From Eledone cirrhosa (taxonomy: Eukaryota): a stretch of 64,000 nt of DNA. This document shows, one piece after another, positions 1 to 16,619 of the stretch. Positions within the stretch are counted from its first letter, which is position 1. Each line of letters starts with the position of its first letter. A program made the position numbers and the translations under genes. The notes below the pieces were generated by a model. That model was not told the DNA's origin. It made no database searches and saw only the letters and a list, made by a program, of their open reading frames with translations. The stretch is taken from contig OZ024742.1 of the NCBI GenBank assembly GCA_964016885.1, positions 122,636,001 through 122,700,000 on the forward strand. Direction: 5' to 3'.

Positions 1-659
1 AACTATAACCTTTGCATCAACGATCTCGCGTATCAATATCGTACAACGAAACGGAAGCTAAGAAATACCTAGTTATTAATGAACGTATATACTACAAAAC
101 ACATGTGAATATATGTAAATATACAAAATAATATTCAAACACTTAAGCAAGAAAATATCCAATGTTGCATTTTTAGTCCTACTACTAATAACAAGATTTG
201 ATATTTTTGAATAATTTATAGGCAACATTCACTACTTCGATGCTAAACCCAACAGGATCCTGACATTAACTAGAAGCTGCCACATAAATAGAAGGAAAGG
301 TACTGGACAGCTGCTTAGGTTAAATGAAGACAGACTTTGAATATCGTGATGGTGTCATTGGGGTAGCATCTCTAAGCAATGGCATCAAGAATATACACAT
401 CTACCAAGCGCTTATAGTTGAAAGGAACAAAAGCCTGATGACCTCAAATGCAACCCTAGAACTGCGGGATTACTATACCCTAAGAAAGACCTAGAGAGGA
501 AGTAACTGTCATACAAAACAAATAAACGACTGTGCATGGATTTCGTATAACGGTTGACAAAATCTGAGACCTCATTCGCTTTCCGAGAGGGGTGGGACTC
601 GTCAAATCGAACCACGGAAACAAGGTTTCCATTGACCATTCGTTGGAGAAAGACTAACG

Positions 660-771
660 TGAAAGAATAAGGTGTCTTTCTCAAGGACATAATGCATCGG
701 ACGGTTCGGGTATTGTCCTTGTAACCTCACAATTATGATTCCAACTCTCTAGCCCCTAAGCCACGCGCCTC
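660..771 (-). mobile_element. tRNA-derived SINE fragment (5' head)
   Basis: Minus strand reads GAGGCGCGTGGCTTAGGGGCTAGAGAG...TGTCCTTGAGAAAGACACCTT: A-box-like head plus the GTGTCCTTGAGCAAGACAC-type conserved SINE body motif. Confidence 0.5.
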
Positions 772-1659
772 GGCACGGATGTATTTCCCGTAATCTTGAA
801 CATTTTGCAATCATTCATCTGATCTCTTGTTTCTGTAGGACCGATGAATGTTACACCTCATCACTTAATCCAATAGCAGGTGATAGTTAAGAAATACTAA
901 ATGAACAAACAAAAATATAGTGTAACACGTAAATCACCCGGATTCAACTGAATATGTCGATCAGGTCATATATCTGGATACAATATGACACACAAGTGCA
1001 GCAGCTTCCCAAACATGTATGCATTATAGTTAGTCATTGGGCTAAGAAACCTCAATGTAGTGGCTCGAATTACTAGGAAAATACTTCGGAGTGGAGGGAA
1101 TTTCTACATACTAAATACACACATAACTGAGATTATCCCCGCATTTAGTAGACCAAAGCTTCCACTGAGGTATTCAATCAAGGGGGATATAACTCTTATA
1201 AAATCAGTTGATCAAATTAGTGGAAAATCTAAACAATGCAGAATAGGGTGGATTTGGTCGTTAAAGCAAGCCGGTAAAAGTAACGGACATGCTTCAGTCT
1301 TCTTAGACCTTCTTGGCAAAGTATATTCTGCTAGTTTAATAACTCGCTATATTACATATATGAGACCCTAATGTATAAGTACTAGATGCACTTTGGTTTT
1401 CCTAAGGAGAAAAAATGGTTTGATAACGGTTTTAGTGATGTGTAGAGAAACAATAACGCCATCAAACTTCCTGTCACTGCAGAAATCTCTATGTTGTCAT
1501 TCAAACTGCAAAAAATAACAAACATATTGCAACTCATAAGATAGGAAACACTATTTACCAATGTGACATAATATTGTCGATGAATAAATATACAATGAAA
1601 AAAGGTGTTGGGATAAATGCAAAAAAATCATTACAGAGTATAAACAGCAGTGCATTGAC

Positions 1660-1860
1660 ATTATCGGTAGAGCGTCGGACACCCAGCTTCGTGGATTAGA
1701 GTTATGTCCCTTTACGATTTCAGTACAAATCCCGCCGCGGGTAGCTTTGGCTTTCATCTTTACGGGGCCGATAAAATAAAGTTACCAGTAACTCACTGAG
1801 GTGGATTTAATCGACTTTCACCTCCCCAAAACTTGATAACCGTTTGCCTAAAACCCAAAC
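1660..1860 (+). mobile_element. Abundant tRNA-derived SINE (octopus-like), diverged copy
   Basis: Matches copies at 10025, 23042, 25441, 25703, 26675: ...CAAATCCCGCCG(A)GGT..CTTTGCCTTTCATCCTTACGGGGTCGATAAAATAAAGTACCAGT. Confidence 0.75.
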
Positions 1861-4800
1861 CATTATAGAACGTAAACAAACATATTAACGCCAGAATTAT
1901 TCATGAAACATTCCTATAAAATGTTCGGCTAAGTGCAAACAAAAGCGGCCTAATGTAGTTGTTTGGGAGAGAAAATAAATCGTATGTACACAAATGCCAG
2001 CTGCCTTACCGATATGTGCATTTCCTCCAAATCATTGAGCAAGAGAATAATTCCAGACAACTCCTTCAAAACAATTTGCTTCTGTAGTCAGTATAGCCAA
2101 ATGATTAGTAAATCTGTAAGTGTCAGCCTCGAAATTTTATAACTTACAGTACAATTGCTGACCAACTAACACGTAACATTCAAGCAGAGCTGTAAAAATA
2201 TGGAAGACACTTCCTACAGTTCAATATGGGGCACTCACCACCTTCGTTATTCAAATTTTGTTGATAGGCTTTTATTAAAACAAATAATTCATATAATTTT
2301 AAAAAAAGAAGCAAGAGATTCTAAATATGTATCAGGAGAGCGACGGTCTAGTATCTTTGTGGTGTCTAGTTACGATATCCGTTCAGATATACCCGAGTTC
2401 AACATTCGTTTAATACTTCCAGGATTGATAAAATTAATTGGCGGTAGCACTAAGACAGAATACTAGAGGTGTATATGAAAATATATATAACCATATATAA
2501 TGCGCTTATATACAATAAACATATGGGCAGCCTTGCAATTAGATATAACCAGCGATGGTTGCATTTGGAAATGAGCATTTCCTGAAGATATTTTTCGATT
2601 TGCTATATGCAAATGAGCATTTCCAGCACATGATCACCACGCAAGATACTATATACTATAGTCTATTTCATACCAAAACAACTTGAGTGAATGACACTGA
2701 TGGAAAATTAACAGATCTTGAAACAGCGCTGTATGATATTCACAAAATATACTGATATATTGAAATAGAGAAAAATAATTTTTTTGCATTACTAAAATAT
2801 ATATTACTCCTGCATGATTCTACCGATATGTTTATTGTATATAAATGTTTTATTTATGTTCATATATTTTTTCATATGCACCTCTTGTGTCATAAAATAA
2901 GATACTACTTAAGTAATAGCGTTTGTTTATACAAATTTTCCCCTCCACTGAATTTACTGGCCTTTTGCCTAAATTAGAAATCAATATTCATTTCTTGAAA
3001 TATATGAGTATAGAAAACAATTATATCAACAAATGTTATTGTAAATCTCAAAGTTCATAAAAAATGTGTAATAGCTTTTATGAAATTTATATCGATGGAA
3101 ATGTAAAGGCTCTATGTTCTGAAAGTTTCAAGAAATAAACATCTTGCAATGACATTTTGTCAAATATATGCATATAGAGAACCCAAAACCAGTAGTGGCA
3201 AACAAATATTTGTTTGACTAAGATCAGCTGGCATATGGTTGTTTTTTTATTTAGACTATGAGTTATCGGTCGGATTTTACTCTTTCCAGCCGTGTACACC
3301 TTGAGGCACTTAAAAATATCCGAATGTTAAGAAATTGATGATAACAACCTTCGACTACGTGTTTAATGTGCTAATGTCAAAATACTATTGCAATATATTT
3401 ATCTCATTATGTTTCTCACTCGTGATAGCAATAACACTGCTGCATGCCATATGTTCGCATGTTGTAGTACATCATACAAATATTTTCTGCAGCATATTTA
3501 CCAAGTGATTAATTGTTTCCGTTTTAATATTGCAAACACTTCACTTGCCCGCTAAGATGTGGTTAGAATATATACTCAATTCGCTTTACTTTCCTGGTTA
3601 ATAGCTTCCGTATATCGTAGTGCACAACCTATCTCTGGTGTAGTAATGGTCTACGAAGACTGTATCCTATGTGTATATTTAAATAATTCTTATTGTAGTG
3701 CTAGTTTTCTATTTATGTTGATATGTTTACTGCTCAAAAGGAAAATACAGGTCTTATTTTAAATTACTATTAATATTGGTTAGAATTATTTCCTGAGAGA
3801 TTGACACCAAATTCTATTAAACAGTTTCCAATTTATCATCGTAAACTCGCTTTATGCCTCATGCTTTGAAATTGTTTATTCTAATAAATGTTTCTTGCAA
3901 GTGTTCAGTGTGCAGAAAACACATTGCCTACAACTGATTAATGTACCTTTAGAAAGAGAAAGGGGCTTCTGGAATAAGGTGGTTGTTGTTAAATCTTAAA
4001 TACCGTAACAATGATACTTTTTTGCAGCTTAATTATGGACGAAAAGGCAGTGCCGTTCCTTAGTTTTCAAGCCCTCCAAGATCGGTTGAAGAAATTGAGA
4101 AATTTATCCTCGAACCCACTATCTGGCTTGGATACTTGCAACGAGTGGAAACATTTAGTTGTGTAAAACCTGAAGATGTATTATACCTGCCACCCGAAAA
4201 CTGAGATTCAGAGTTCCTGAACAAATACCGCAAGTCATTTCTTCCGATGTTCTAACAAATCCTCCAATTATCTGCCCAGAATTGGGACTTTACTTTATCG
4301 AACTCGAAAAGAGTAAAGGCAAAGTTTCACTCGACGATATTAGAACAGAGATGGTAGCAAGCTGCAACAAATTCTACAACATTTTGTTCTACGCACGATC
4401 GACGTTGCCAGTTCACTGTTACCAACTGCTGTTGCTGCTATTATAGAGTAAATTTAGGTCCACTCGTATCGATTAATACATACTTGGTACTACTAAATTT
4501 GCTTCAGTCACGTAGCCTTAGTTGTCCACTTTTAAGACACGGTAAAGTGTAATCATAAGTTAATTTCGCTGTTATTTCTGGCAGGCAGATCAGAATAGTA
4601 AAGTGTTCTTCGTTGGCATCAATACATTTTCTCTGATCGATGGAAAGAGACATATTTGAAAGATATTTACTGGATTCTTATTAAATCACGAGGAAGAAAT
4701 ACTCGAAGTTCACAGAAAAACTTTCTTGACAAAAGATTACATTACAGCAGAGGATATTATTGTACAACGGAATATATCTATAGGAAAAGGAATATATCTA

Positions 4801-5046
4801 TAGTTTGAATGTACGATTATAGAATGATTAACATCTTAATACTAGCAAGTTACTAGGTACTAAAATCAATACGCGAGAGGGTTCAAACTTGAATACTCAA
4901 TAAAAAACAACGATAATGAATTGTCCATACACACACGAAAGCAATCAAACACACAGAGACAAACACAGTCACACTTCTATGCACACATAAACACACACAT
5001 GCATACACGCGCACGCTAATATATCTATATATACACACGCACACAC

Positions 5047-5583
<537 letters not shown>

Positions 5584-5586
<3 letters not shown>

Positions 5587-5761
5587 AACGAGTAAGACCC
5601 CGACGGCTGGACTAAAAAACATTTAGTCCAGAATTAGCCGTCGAAACGGCTTGAGCTCAGCCGTCGGGGTCCTACTCGTTCCTATTACCCACTCCACTAC
5701 CCTAAGTATTGAGTACTTTGGTGCGTTTTGGTCCACCTGGTTCATTACCTCATTTCCTTCG

Positions 5762-5762
<1 letters not shown>
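5584..5762 (+). mobile_element. Short hairpin element family A (copies also at 8700, 15350, 61039), in (TA)n
   Basis: Terminal stem GGAACGAGTAAGACCCCGACGGCTG / CAGCCGTCGGGGTCCTACTCGTTCC, then the shared tail ATTACCCACTCCACTACCCTAAGTATTGAGTACTTTGGTGCG. Confidence 0.8.
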
Positions 5763-5839
<77 letters not shown>

Positions 5840-5850
5840 TAAAATAACAG

Positions 5851-6132
5851 ATTAAAGTTTAAGCAAATAATCGCTGCTTTCAACACTTAACGGGATCTTA
5901 TTAAAGTTTAAGCAAAGAATCACTGCTTTCACCCTTAACGGCATTTTATTAAAGTTTAAGCAAAGAATCGCTGCTTTCACCCTTATCGGGTCTTATTAAA
6001 GTTTAAGCAAAGAATTGTGGAATTAGAGAAGGTAGATCGTCTACTTAAAATATTATACCCACTCTGCATCTTACCATGTATCGAGTACTTCTTTGACTGA
6101 TGGTCTTGCCCGACCCAGTAGGTCAGACTATT
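5851..6132 (+). repeat. ~45-48 bp tandem repeat (about 3.5 units) followed by a family-type 3' tail
   Basis: Unit ATTAAAGTTTAAGCAAAGAATCGCTGCTTTCACCCTTAACGGGTCTT repeated; tail contains CCATGTATCGAGTAC. Confidence 0.8.
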
Positions 6133-6189
6133 AATATATATATATTCGAACCGTGCACCGCTTGTAACTGTTGTTACACACCTGACTAA

Positions 6190-6839
6190 TATTTGGCAAT
6201 ATATTAATATATTTGGCAATATACTGTATGTTTAATTAAAAACATTTTGAAAACCTTGCGCTATTATTTTAAAGTAGTGGCTATGTCACTTACTTCTTTT
6301 TTCAGCAAAGGAAAGGAGATAAGCTGATAGATCTGTTTCACACTGTTGGTGTTTATCAGAGCCTAGCACTCGCTGACCTCTGCCGAAAATTATAAAGGCG
6401 GAATCCTCATAGAATTCCAGTAATAACCAGGAACTGCTTATACATTTGCCGGTCTAGCAAAAATTGAAAATTAGGATTGGTGCTCTGAAATAACGATGTA
6501 TACATGAATGTATGTATAATGTATTTGGCAATATACTGTATGTTTAATTAAAAACATTTTGAAGAGCTTGCGCTATTATTTTAAAGTAGTGACTAAGGAA
6601 GAGAAATAAGCTGACAGATCTGTTCACACTGTTGGTGTACATCAAGCCTAGCACTCGCCGACTTCTGCCGAAAATTATAAATACTGGATTCTTATACAAT
6701 TCCAAGAAGTAAGTGACATAGTCACTACTTTAAAATAATAGCGCAAGGTCTTCAAAATGTTTTTAATTAAACATACAGTATATTGCCAAATATATTATAC
6801 ATGTATTCATGTATACATCGCTATTTCAGAGCACCAATC

Positions 6840-6843
<4 letters not shown>
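6190..6843 (-). mobile_element. pLTR-like non-coding element: ~310-bp tandem units plus terminal inverted copy
   Basis: 6210-6420 is repeated at 6523-6703; 6704-6843 is the reverse complement of the 6470-6595 / 6210-6298 sequence; each unit carries a hammerhead relic. Confidence 0.8.
6323..6362 (-). ncRNA. Degenerate minimal hammerhead ribozyme (second copy 6610-6647)
   Basis: Consensus inferred from the two copies: gct-CTGATGA-acac-caaca-gtgt-GAAA-CAGATCTG-TC-agc, with palindromic stem III. Each copy has core mutations. Confidence 0.6.
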
Positions 6844-6875
<32 letters not shown>

Positions 6876-6879
6876 TAGA

Positions 6880-7400
6880 TATATATAAATATAGACATTA
6901 CAATACAATACAATAGGAGGGAACATAATGATAGTACCTCTGATGGTGCTGCAGATATGCAACGAAAGAACTTTGATAGACTATATATATAGTATATATA
7001 GTATATATATATATTTATATCATAAATCATGTCCTTAGATAAAATATATACCATTTCCTCTTCCAATTAGCATAATTAACCATATAAAAAATCAATTAGA
7101 CCAAGCTATAAGATTTATGATATATTGCTCTGATTATTTAATTTATTAATTCTTCATAGAGCCCAAAAGTGAGCGGTTGCAGCATATATATCTATAACTT
7201 TATGTATATGTAAACCTTTATATATTTATATCTGTATTTTTTACCGTTGGCCACTCGGTGATAAACATTTATTGCCAAATAAATTAACTATGGAGATATA
7301 ACAGATAAAGAAGGTAAAACCAACCAAAGAGTGAGTGTGTTCTGCTATTATTTCTGGCCCTATTATTATAACAATATTACACTCTCCAAGTTTAACAACA
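6880..7400 (+). mobile_element. Decayed 3' UTR/pLTR of a Neptune-like PLE
   Basis: 6936-6978 (CTGATGGtGCTGCAgataTGCAAC-GAAAgaacTT) is homologous to the hammerhead at 61455-61496; 7375-7400 resembles the CCCTCCCAAAGTATAACAA terminus. Confidence 0.55.
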
Positions 7401-7680
7401 TATATATATATTCAAGAGATTCCAACCAGAATGGTTGCATTTTTTCAGGGTATGTCAATATTTATTTATAAAACTTACCTATATTATATTTTATTTGATG
7501 AAAGCGCACCATAGTTTGCCTTTGTTGGCCCTTGAAATATGTATAATGCAATAAATATGGTTTTATAAATATAGTTTCCATTTGTTAATATATTGTATAT
7601 TTACTCCAATAATTCGTTGAGTGCTTTATATCAGTTATAAAAATATTTTGCTTGTTGTATCCCAACAAATTAAGTATAAC

Positions 7681-8333
<653 letters not shown>

Positions 8334-8352
8334 TGGATGTATGTATATGTTT

Positions 8353-8647
8353 GTCAGGTGTGTAACAACAGTTAGAAGCGGCGCACGGTTCGAAGCAGTC
8401 AATGCTGTTACGTTTGGGTTGTTTTCCAGTGTTACAGCTTTAGTGTAGAGAGTGTAATTAGATGTAAAGAGTCGAAGGCAGTGTTGCAGCATATGGACAA
8501 ACTTTATTTGCATATTACTAGTGTTTCGATATCGAACAACTCAGAGTATAATTAGGAGAGGGTAAACATTAAGTTTAATATGGAAATAGCTTCTGTTTCA
8601 TTCAAAAGAAATCATCATTAAATGAAACAGTCCTAGTCCTGTAGAAG

Positions 8648-8650
<3 letters not shown>
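8353..8650 (-). mobile_element. Non-coding pLTR-like fragment with tail; tail end duplicated in inverted orientation at 6145-6186
   Basis: Minus strand has CTGAG...GATATCGAAACACTAGTA (hammerhead relic) and tail motif ATTGACTGC; 8353-8394 is the reverse complement of 6145-6186. Confidence 0.5.
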
Positions 8651-8699
<49 letters not shown>

Positions 8700-8704
<5 letters not shown>

Positions 8705-8897
8705 TTTGGTAAGAAGCCAGATGGATCATACCGCACATGAATACTCGATGCTTAGTGTAGTAGAGTGGATAATAAGAGAAAAGTTAGGACCACTACAGCT
8801 GAGCTCCGGCCGTTTTTACAGCTAGATCCGAACTCAGTTCGGATCTAGCTGTCAAAATGGCCAGAGTTTAGCCGTTGGTGTCCTGATTCTTTTATTA
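8700..8897 (-). mobile_element. Short hairpin element family A
   Basis: Hairpin centred on CAGCTAGATCCGAACTCAGTTCGGATCTAGCTG; tail homologous to the 5584 and 15350 copies on the minus strand. Confidence 0.75.
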
Positions 8898-8904
8898 TAT
8901 ATAT

Positions 8905-9340
8905 AATAGGTAAGGAGGGGATTAACACAGATAAGCTACACTCTATAGCTTATTTCTAGCATTTACATGTTTCATGAAATTGTTGTTGATTTGAAATAGC
9001 TATTCACCATCATCAATCATAAAAAAATCGAATTCAAATAGAGAGGAATATATTACAACGTTACTGTCTAATTTTCAAAAGAGAGAGGACGATTTCCGTT
9101 ACATCCCCAGTAACACTGTAATATATTCCGCGGTACTTGACTTCGATTTTTCACAGTTGATAATTGAGAATAGCGGTTTAAAAACAACAATAATTTGATG
9201 AAACATATAAATGCTAGAGATAAGCGCTACTGTACCCCTAATTTGTCTTAATCCTCCTTTTATCTATTGTAACTCCTCCAAGGATTACTGATCACAGAAC
9301 TATCAAAGAACAACCCTACGATCGACCTACTGAGTTAAAT
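8905..9340. mobile_element. Old, diverged fold-back element (arms ~8905-9067 / ~9108-9270)
   Basis: Arms still alignable as reverse complements; left arm minus strand has TTGATGA...GAAA-CATG-TA. Confidence 0.6.
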
Positions 9341-9612
9341 ATCTTGTTGCGTCAACTACCACTGTATACTGAAACACTCCTCGGTATAGGCTACTCTAAC
9401 CCTCAACTAGGGAAACCGAAAACGATATCAGTCCTATTCTTTCCGAACAGTTGCTGTGGAATGTTCACATATACCGGGTTACGTTCTGAGCGGTAGATAT
9501 ATCATCCTGAAAATGGTTGTCGGCGTCTAGAATGGTCCGCCTGCGAGCCGATGTTGTTTCTTTGTTCCGTTTGCATAATTTCATTCCTTTACCCCACTAT
9601 ATATATGTATAT

Positions 9613-9673
<61 letters not shown>

Positions 9674-10024
9674 ATGTGTGTGTGTGTGTGTATACGTCAA
9701 TTACGATGTAACACACGATAAATAAGTTATATATAACCAAATTTAAAAAAGAAATATGAATATTTGACATACATGAGTTTCAATCTTCCCGATAGGCAAA
9801 TTCAAAATTCTATTGTTCACACAATCAATCTAAATGCATTCATAAAAATAAAAGTTTCTTGTAGTATGGTATATTATACATTAAATAATACTGTTTTAAA
9901 TTAGCATATTGGGTAAAAAGATATATCATTCAAACAATTTCGAATTAGTTTTTATGGTGCGGCGTCCAGAAATTATGTGGAAAATGTGTGTTTAATATTA
10001 TTATGCCACATTATTATTATTATA

Positions 10025-10220
10025 GGGCGGTGAATTGGCAGTATCGGTAGAGGGTTTGACGCCATGCTTTCTAGCATAGTTACGTCCCTTTACGGTTTGA
10101 GTTCAAATCCCGCTGAGGTTAACTTTGCCTTTCATCCTTACGGAGTCGATACAATAAAGTACCAGTAATGTACTGGGTAATTGCTGGCCTTGTGCCTAAA
10201 GTAGAAACAATTATTATTAT
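10025..10220 (+). mobile_element. tRNA-derived SINE, full length
   Basis: GGCGGTGAATTGGCAG (A-box-like) ... GAGTTCAAATCC (B-box) ... GTACCAGT ... TTATTATT tail. Confidence 0.85.
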
Positions 10221-12018
10221 GCCACAATTCAAGAGTTGTATTAAAAACCGAATTATGGCCCGAATGCAACTACGGAATTTATTGAAGGATCGTGATGTTG
10301 TGAAACCAGCCTTGCAAAATATGTCTTAAATTAAGGATATTGATATTGATATCAACTCTTACTTGATAATCGGTCAGATATATTGCTATATATCTGTTAA
10401 AACCGATACTTATGGAATATGTAACGCCTATCCCTTCACTTATAATTTCTATACTATTCTTTTTATGAATGTCAAATATCCATTCAAAACAACAGATATT
10501 TGCATATGTGTGGTTATTATAATAGTTCGCGTTTTCGTTACACCCCGAGAATATCCCTTCCGTACGATGAAAAACTGTGTATGATATTAAAATCTCCAGC
10601 CTAATCCAACCCAGGGTTTTCTCACTTCTGTTGGAGGAACTGCTCTCTTGTTGACCTCACCGATTTTTGTTTTCGTCATGTTTTTACTCACTACATTTGA
10701 TGAAACTATTTAACCCATAGTTGGAGTGGATTTTGAGGAGTTCATTCACCCTTTAAAAGCTCTTGGATTTTGTGCAGCTGGGGTTTTGTGCACTTGCATG
10801 TGAAATTTATCAGGTTATCTTACTGAATTATATATACATAGTGTTTCGAGTTTTTATTTTATAGACGGATTTATATATATAATTTCGGTATTAAATTCTC
10901 TCACACCGTTTGCACAATAATACATATAAAATACAGTAAACTATATGAAAACACTTATAATTCATAAATGAAATCGACAATGAAGTAATATACAATATTC
11001 ATTATCATATTACTTTGCTGTGTCTAATTAAAGAATCTTTTACTTTTGAAAGCATTAGGTAAAATTCCTGCAGTTGTGAAGATACAGGAAAAGTTTATTT
11101 GTAATGAATGCGGGATATTCAGGAGTCAATAGGGCAAATTAGTTCAATCGACTTTGACACTGACGCCATTATCTGAAAGCTAGAAAAGAAGACGTTTTAT
11201 ATGGTACATTATATGTGAACGCACGGAGCCTATTTATCCATAAGTGAATAGCTGCAGTTAGACTAATCGATTACTCCCTTGCTGAGACTGCTGCATATCA
11301 TAGATGATGGCTTACGCAAATGAACAGCAATCCTTAGAGTGAAGAGAGGTTCAAGAAATAAATGAGAAATTTTCTTCACAATAACATTTCTGCCAACATG
11401 GAGACAATTGATGATGTCCGTTCAAGATTCATGACGAAAGAAAGGCAGGAAATTAGTTCATTTGAGATGTGCAAGCAATTCTTCATTGGATATAGCATTT
11501 TGTTTATGAAAAGCAAAGTGATCGATAAGTAAGCTGTATCTCTTCTGAACTCAATGAATTATTTGAATAAAGATAGATAAACATCGAACGGTTTTCAGAG
11601 TGGTCACATTAAAATATTTTCTTATTTATCGTTCGACAACATTAGAAACGTAGAACTACTTGAGTAGAAGTAAACTTCCCCAACATTTGTGTATATTATT
11701 GAATCGAAAATAAATTCATTTTTTTTTTCTGGTCAAACTATGTATATATAACAACTGTATTATATTGTAAAATATTGTATTGGCAAATTACGAGTTCACA
11801 GTTTTATATTCAGCGTGAAAAATATGCTAATGAGGTTAATAATTTCGCAAGGGAAATATATGATACTTAGATCAAATTGCCATCTTCATTTTGGGGTTTC
11901 GATGAACAGAAACAGTTTGGAAGAGCTTCGAATAACTATACATACCTACATTGATATAACACTCCCCTCCACACACACACAAACAGACACACACATACAC
12001 ACACACAGAGACACACAC

Positions 12019-12089
<71 letters not shown>

Positions 12090-12829
12090 TGTATATGTAT
12101 ATAGGTATGTAAATGAAAATACGCGTATTTTCATTCTATTTACGTGATATATGAGATGAGGTAACGACACAAAGACATTATGCATGTAACGCATAATTCC
12201 CTTTCAATAATGGTGTGACTACATGTTAATTCGCTATTCTAAATATAGCAGCCGAATCCCCCACAAATCGAATATTCAAAGGAATGAAAAATTGGACAAT
12301 TTAGTTCTGGATAGCGTGTATTTGAAGAAATTAGTGTAAGATCATAGGCCATGTATGATTGGAACTAATCAACAAAATCTGCAACTCACTGACAAATTAA
12401 AACGTTTAATAAGATTTTTGCTAAACAAATATATACGAATAAGGAACCAACGAGGAATCCTCTACCTGTTAGTACGAAAGGTCATATACAACAGTGAAAA
12501 GTCACACACACCGCAGACATATTAATTATTGCCGCTTAGCTACAGTATTTGACTGAAATACGAAGAAATGGGCATGGCTTGGAACATAGACAGAGCGGGC
12601 TAAATATTAATTTAAAAAAAAACACATGGATAGAAATTCTTGACTTAGCAAATTATGGCATTATGAAATTTCAAATTAGAAAAGATATCAATATTTATAC
12701 AAAATATTATTTTCAAGATTATTAATATCATACAATAGTAAAACGAAATCTAATGATAAAAACAAGGCAGAGAAACCCATATTCTCTACTATAAGCAAGG
12801 CTGACTATTCAAAGACGCACATCTCTTCT

Positions 12830-14110
<1,281 letters not shown>

Positions 14111-15196
14111 AAAGGAGATATGAAGAGATGCGTTAATTGTTAATTTGCAAAATGTTACATATTATGTGTCCAATAAGTGTTTTTAGTGGGCATTTCAACA
14201 GATTTAATTTAACACTAATATCTTTTATTTTTATGTGAATTATGTATTGTGAATATCTGTTTTATTCTCTAAAACCTCCCATGAAAAGTTTGTGATTGTA
14301 GTTGATACAGCAAACCTATGATCAATTACTTCTTAAATACAAGTGTCTCATTTCGCATATCACAAACTACTGCTAACATACTATGATAATTTAGCAGTAC
14401 ACATGAAAAATCATTGTTTATTCCAATGTTTAGTCAGTGAATCAGCCACAGTGCTGTTTGGAACTAATCAAAACTGATTTGTCCAATATGGTTTTATATA
14501 GCACAAGACGGTAATATTAATTTAAAATACACAAATGTATTAAGGGGAAGTATACATAAAAAAAGCCCAAAGGAAACTAAAAGTTTTTAAATTATTACAA
14601 TATATCAGCTATGTATTTAAAATAATTATTGAGTTGCAAATTTTATTTGCATCCCAAATAATTCAGAATACTTTCAACGTGAGATGTCCTATATAATAGT
14701 CAGTTCTCTCGAAACGTTATATTTTGTTACGGTATATAAGATATATTAAACATTAATAAATATATATATACGCATTCCCATTTCCAAACGTAAACACGGC
14801 AACTAACAAAAGTTTTAAAAGTGGAAAGATAATTATTTGCCAGAATAGATCAATAAAGGAAATTTGAATGCATTGCTAGTAATTTTGGAATCTCATTTCA
14901 AAGTAATGAATAAGCTGGATAATATATTTTACGAATCCTTTTAAAGACCGCCATTGTGTTTCTATTCGATTTTCTCGTCCATCTTGCATACGTTTAGATG
15001 GCTGCAAGATAAACTAGCGGAATGAATGAAATGATAAATATATACGTAAATTCAGGAATGGGCTAGAAATAATTTAGATAAGCTTTGTAAAACAACTTTA
15101 GTGGGTACTGAATAATGATTATTGTTTTGCAGTAGCCACCAGTATTAGCAATATATTGAACTCCATCCTGAGTATTGAAATTATATTCGGTGTACA

Positions 15197-15311
<115 letters not shown>

Positions 15312-15349
15312 GCATACGCACTTATATTTATATTTATATATATATATAT

Positions 15350-15543
15350 AGGAAAGTGTTAACCACAACGGCAGAGCTCAAGCCGTTTCGACGGCTATTT
15401 CTGGACTCCAGAAATAGCTGTCGAAACGGTTTGAGCTCTGCCGCCGGAGTCAAACACTTTTCTATTACCCACTCTACTACCATAAGTATTGAGTATTCTG
15501 GTGCGTTATGGTTCATCTGGTTCCTTACCACACTTCCTCCATT
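15350..15543 (+). mobile_element. Short hairpin element family A
   Basis: Palindrome 15350-15463 centred on TTTCTGGACTCCAGAAA, then ~80-nt tail with ATTGAGTAT; flanked by (TA)n. Confidence 0.8.
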
Positions 15544-15738
15544 ATATATATATATATATTGAACAAACGAGCAACGATGGTTGCTGAACACTACGGCTTA
15601 ATACGGGATGTTGTTTACAAACACACCGAGCATTATAATAAATGTTCGGTGAATCCATACGTACATATATATATGTGTGCATGTATGTATATATATATAT
15701 ACATACTACTGTACGTCTGTATGCATATATATATATAC

Positions 15739-15795
<57 letters not shown>

Positions 15796-16475
15796 ATATA
15801 TGCGGTTTTGTCCGATGTTGTAGGAGATCATGGAAGCAGAGATGTTGATAAACAATATTTCATTTATTAACAATTCTAACACTTGTTCCTATACGGCATT
15901 TTAACCCTATGATGTTTGAATTGGTGTATGAGGTGGATTACTTATTACTGCGTCGGAGATTACTAATGTTGCATCCTTTGAGATAAATAACAATATATCT
16001 ATTGTCCATAACTTTGTCTGAGTAGCTAAGGAACTACTAGTCTGCTTTCTTTAAAAATGATGTTGTAAATAGTGTAATAAGTTATGTATATATATCATAG
16101 AAACAGAAAATATTATACAACGACGCCGCTCATGGAACACACCAACAGTGTTTATATAACTATCTTAGACTATTTTAGTAAAAAGAAATGTTGATGCTCT
16201 CTAACTTATAAATTCAAACTTTCTGTCACTCAACAGTTCTAAAAATAATTTACTTTCATATATTTATAATCTGGGATGGTTGTGCTACTAATGAAATCAC
16301 GAGAACTAATTGCGATTTACTTCAATTTTCTTTTAACTCACGTAATTATTCTATCCATCAGTTAGTTACTCATACAACGGGCTATTTATCTAGCTGTGTT
16401 TCACCTACATCCCAAATTTACTTCCAGCATATTTCATATATTTTATGTTAGCAGTGTGTATGATATGCGCATGCG

Positions 16476-16508
<33 letters not shown>

Positions 16509-16619
16509 CCCTTCCTGGTGTTCTTTTACCATGTAAAATTACGAGTATAATGGATATGGATGTTGTTCATTCACATTTCATACTTGTTACTGCTGCCATT
16601 ATAATTGTTATTTGCATTG

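Noticed and set aside
200-640. RTE-like 3' relic (also ~27250-27480)
   Set aside because: Only a faint resemblance; too decayed to call without alignment.
5851-6015. CRISPR-like array
   Set aside because: Units are contiguous tandem repeats without unique spacers, in a eukaryotic context with no cas genes.
10500-10810. Coding-looking minus-strand stretch
   Set aside because: Several in-frame stops and no identifiable family.
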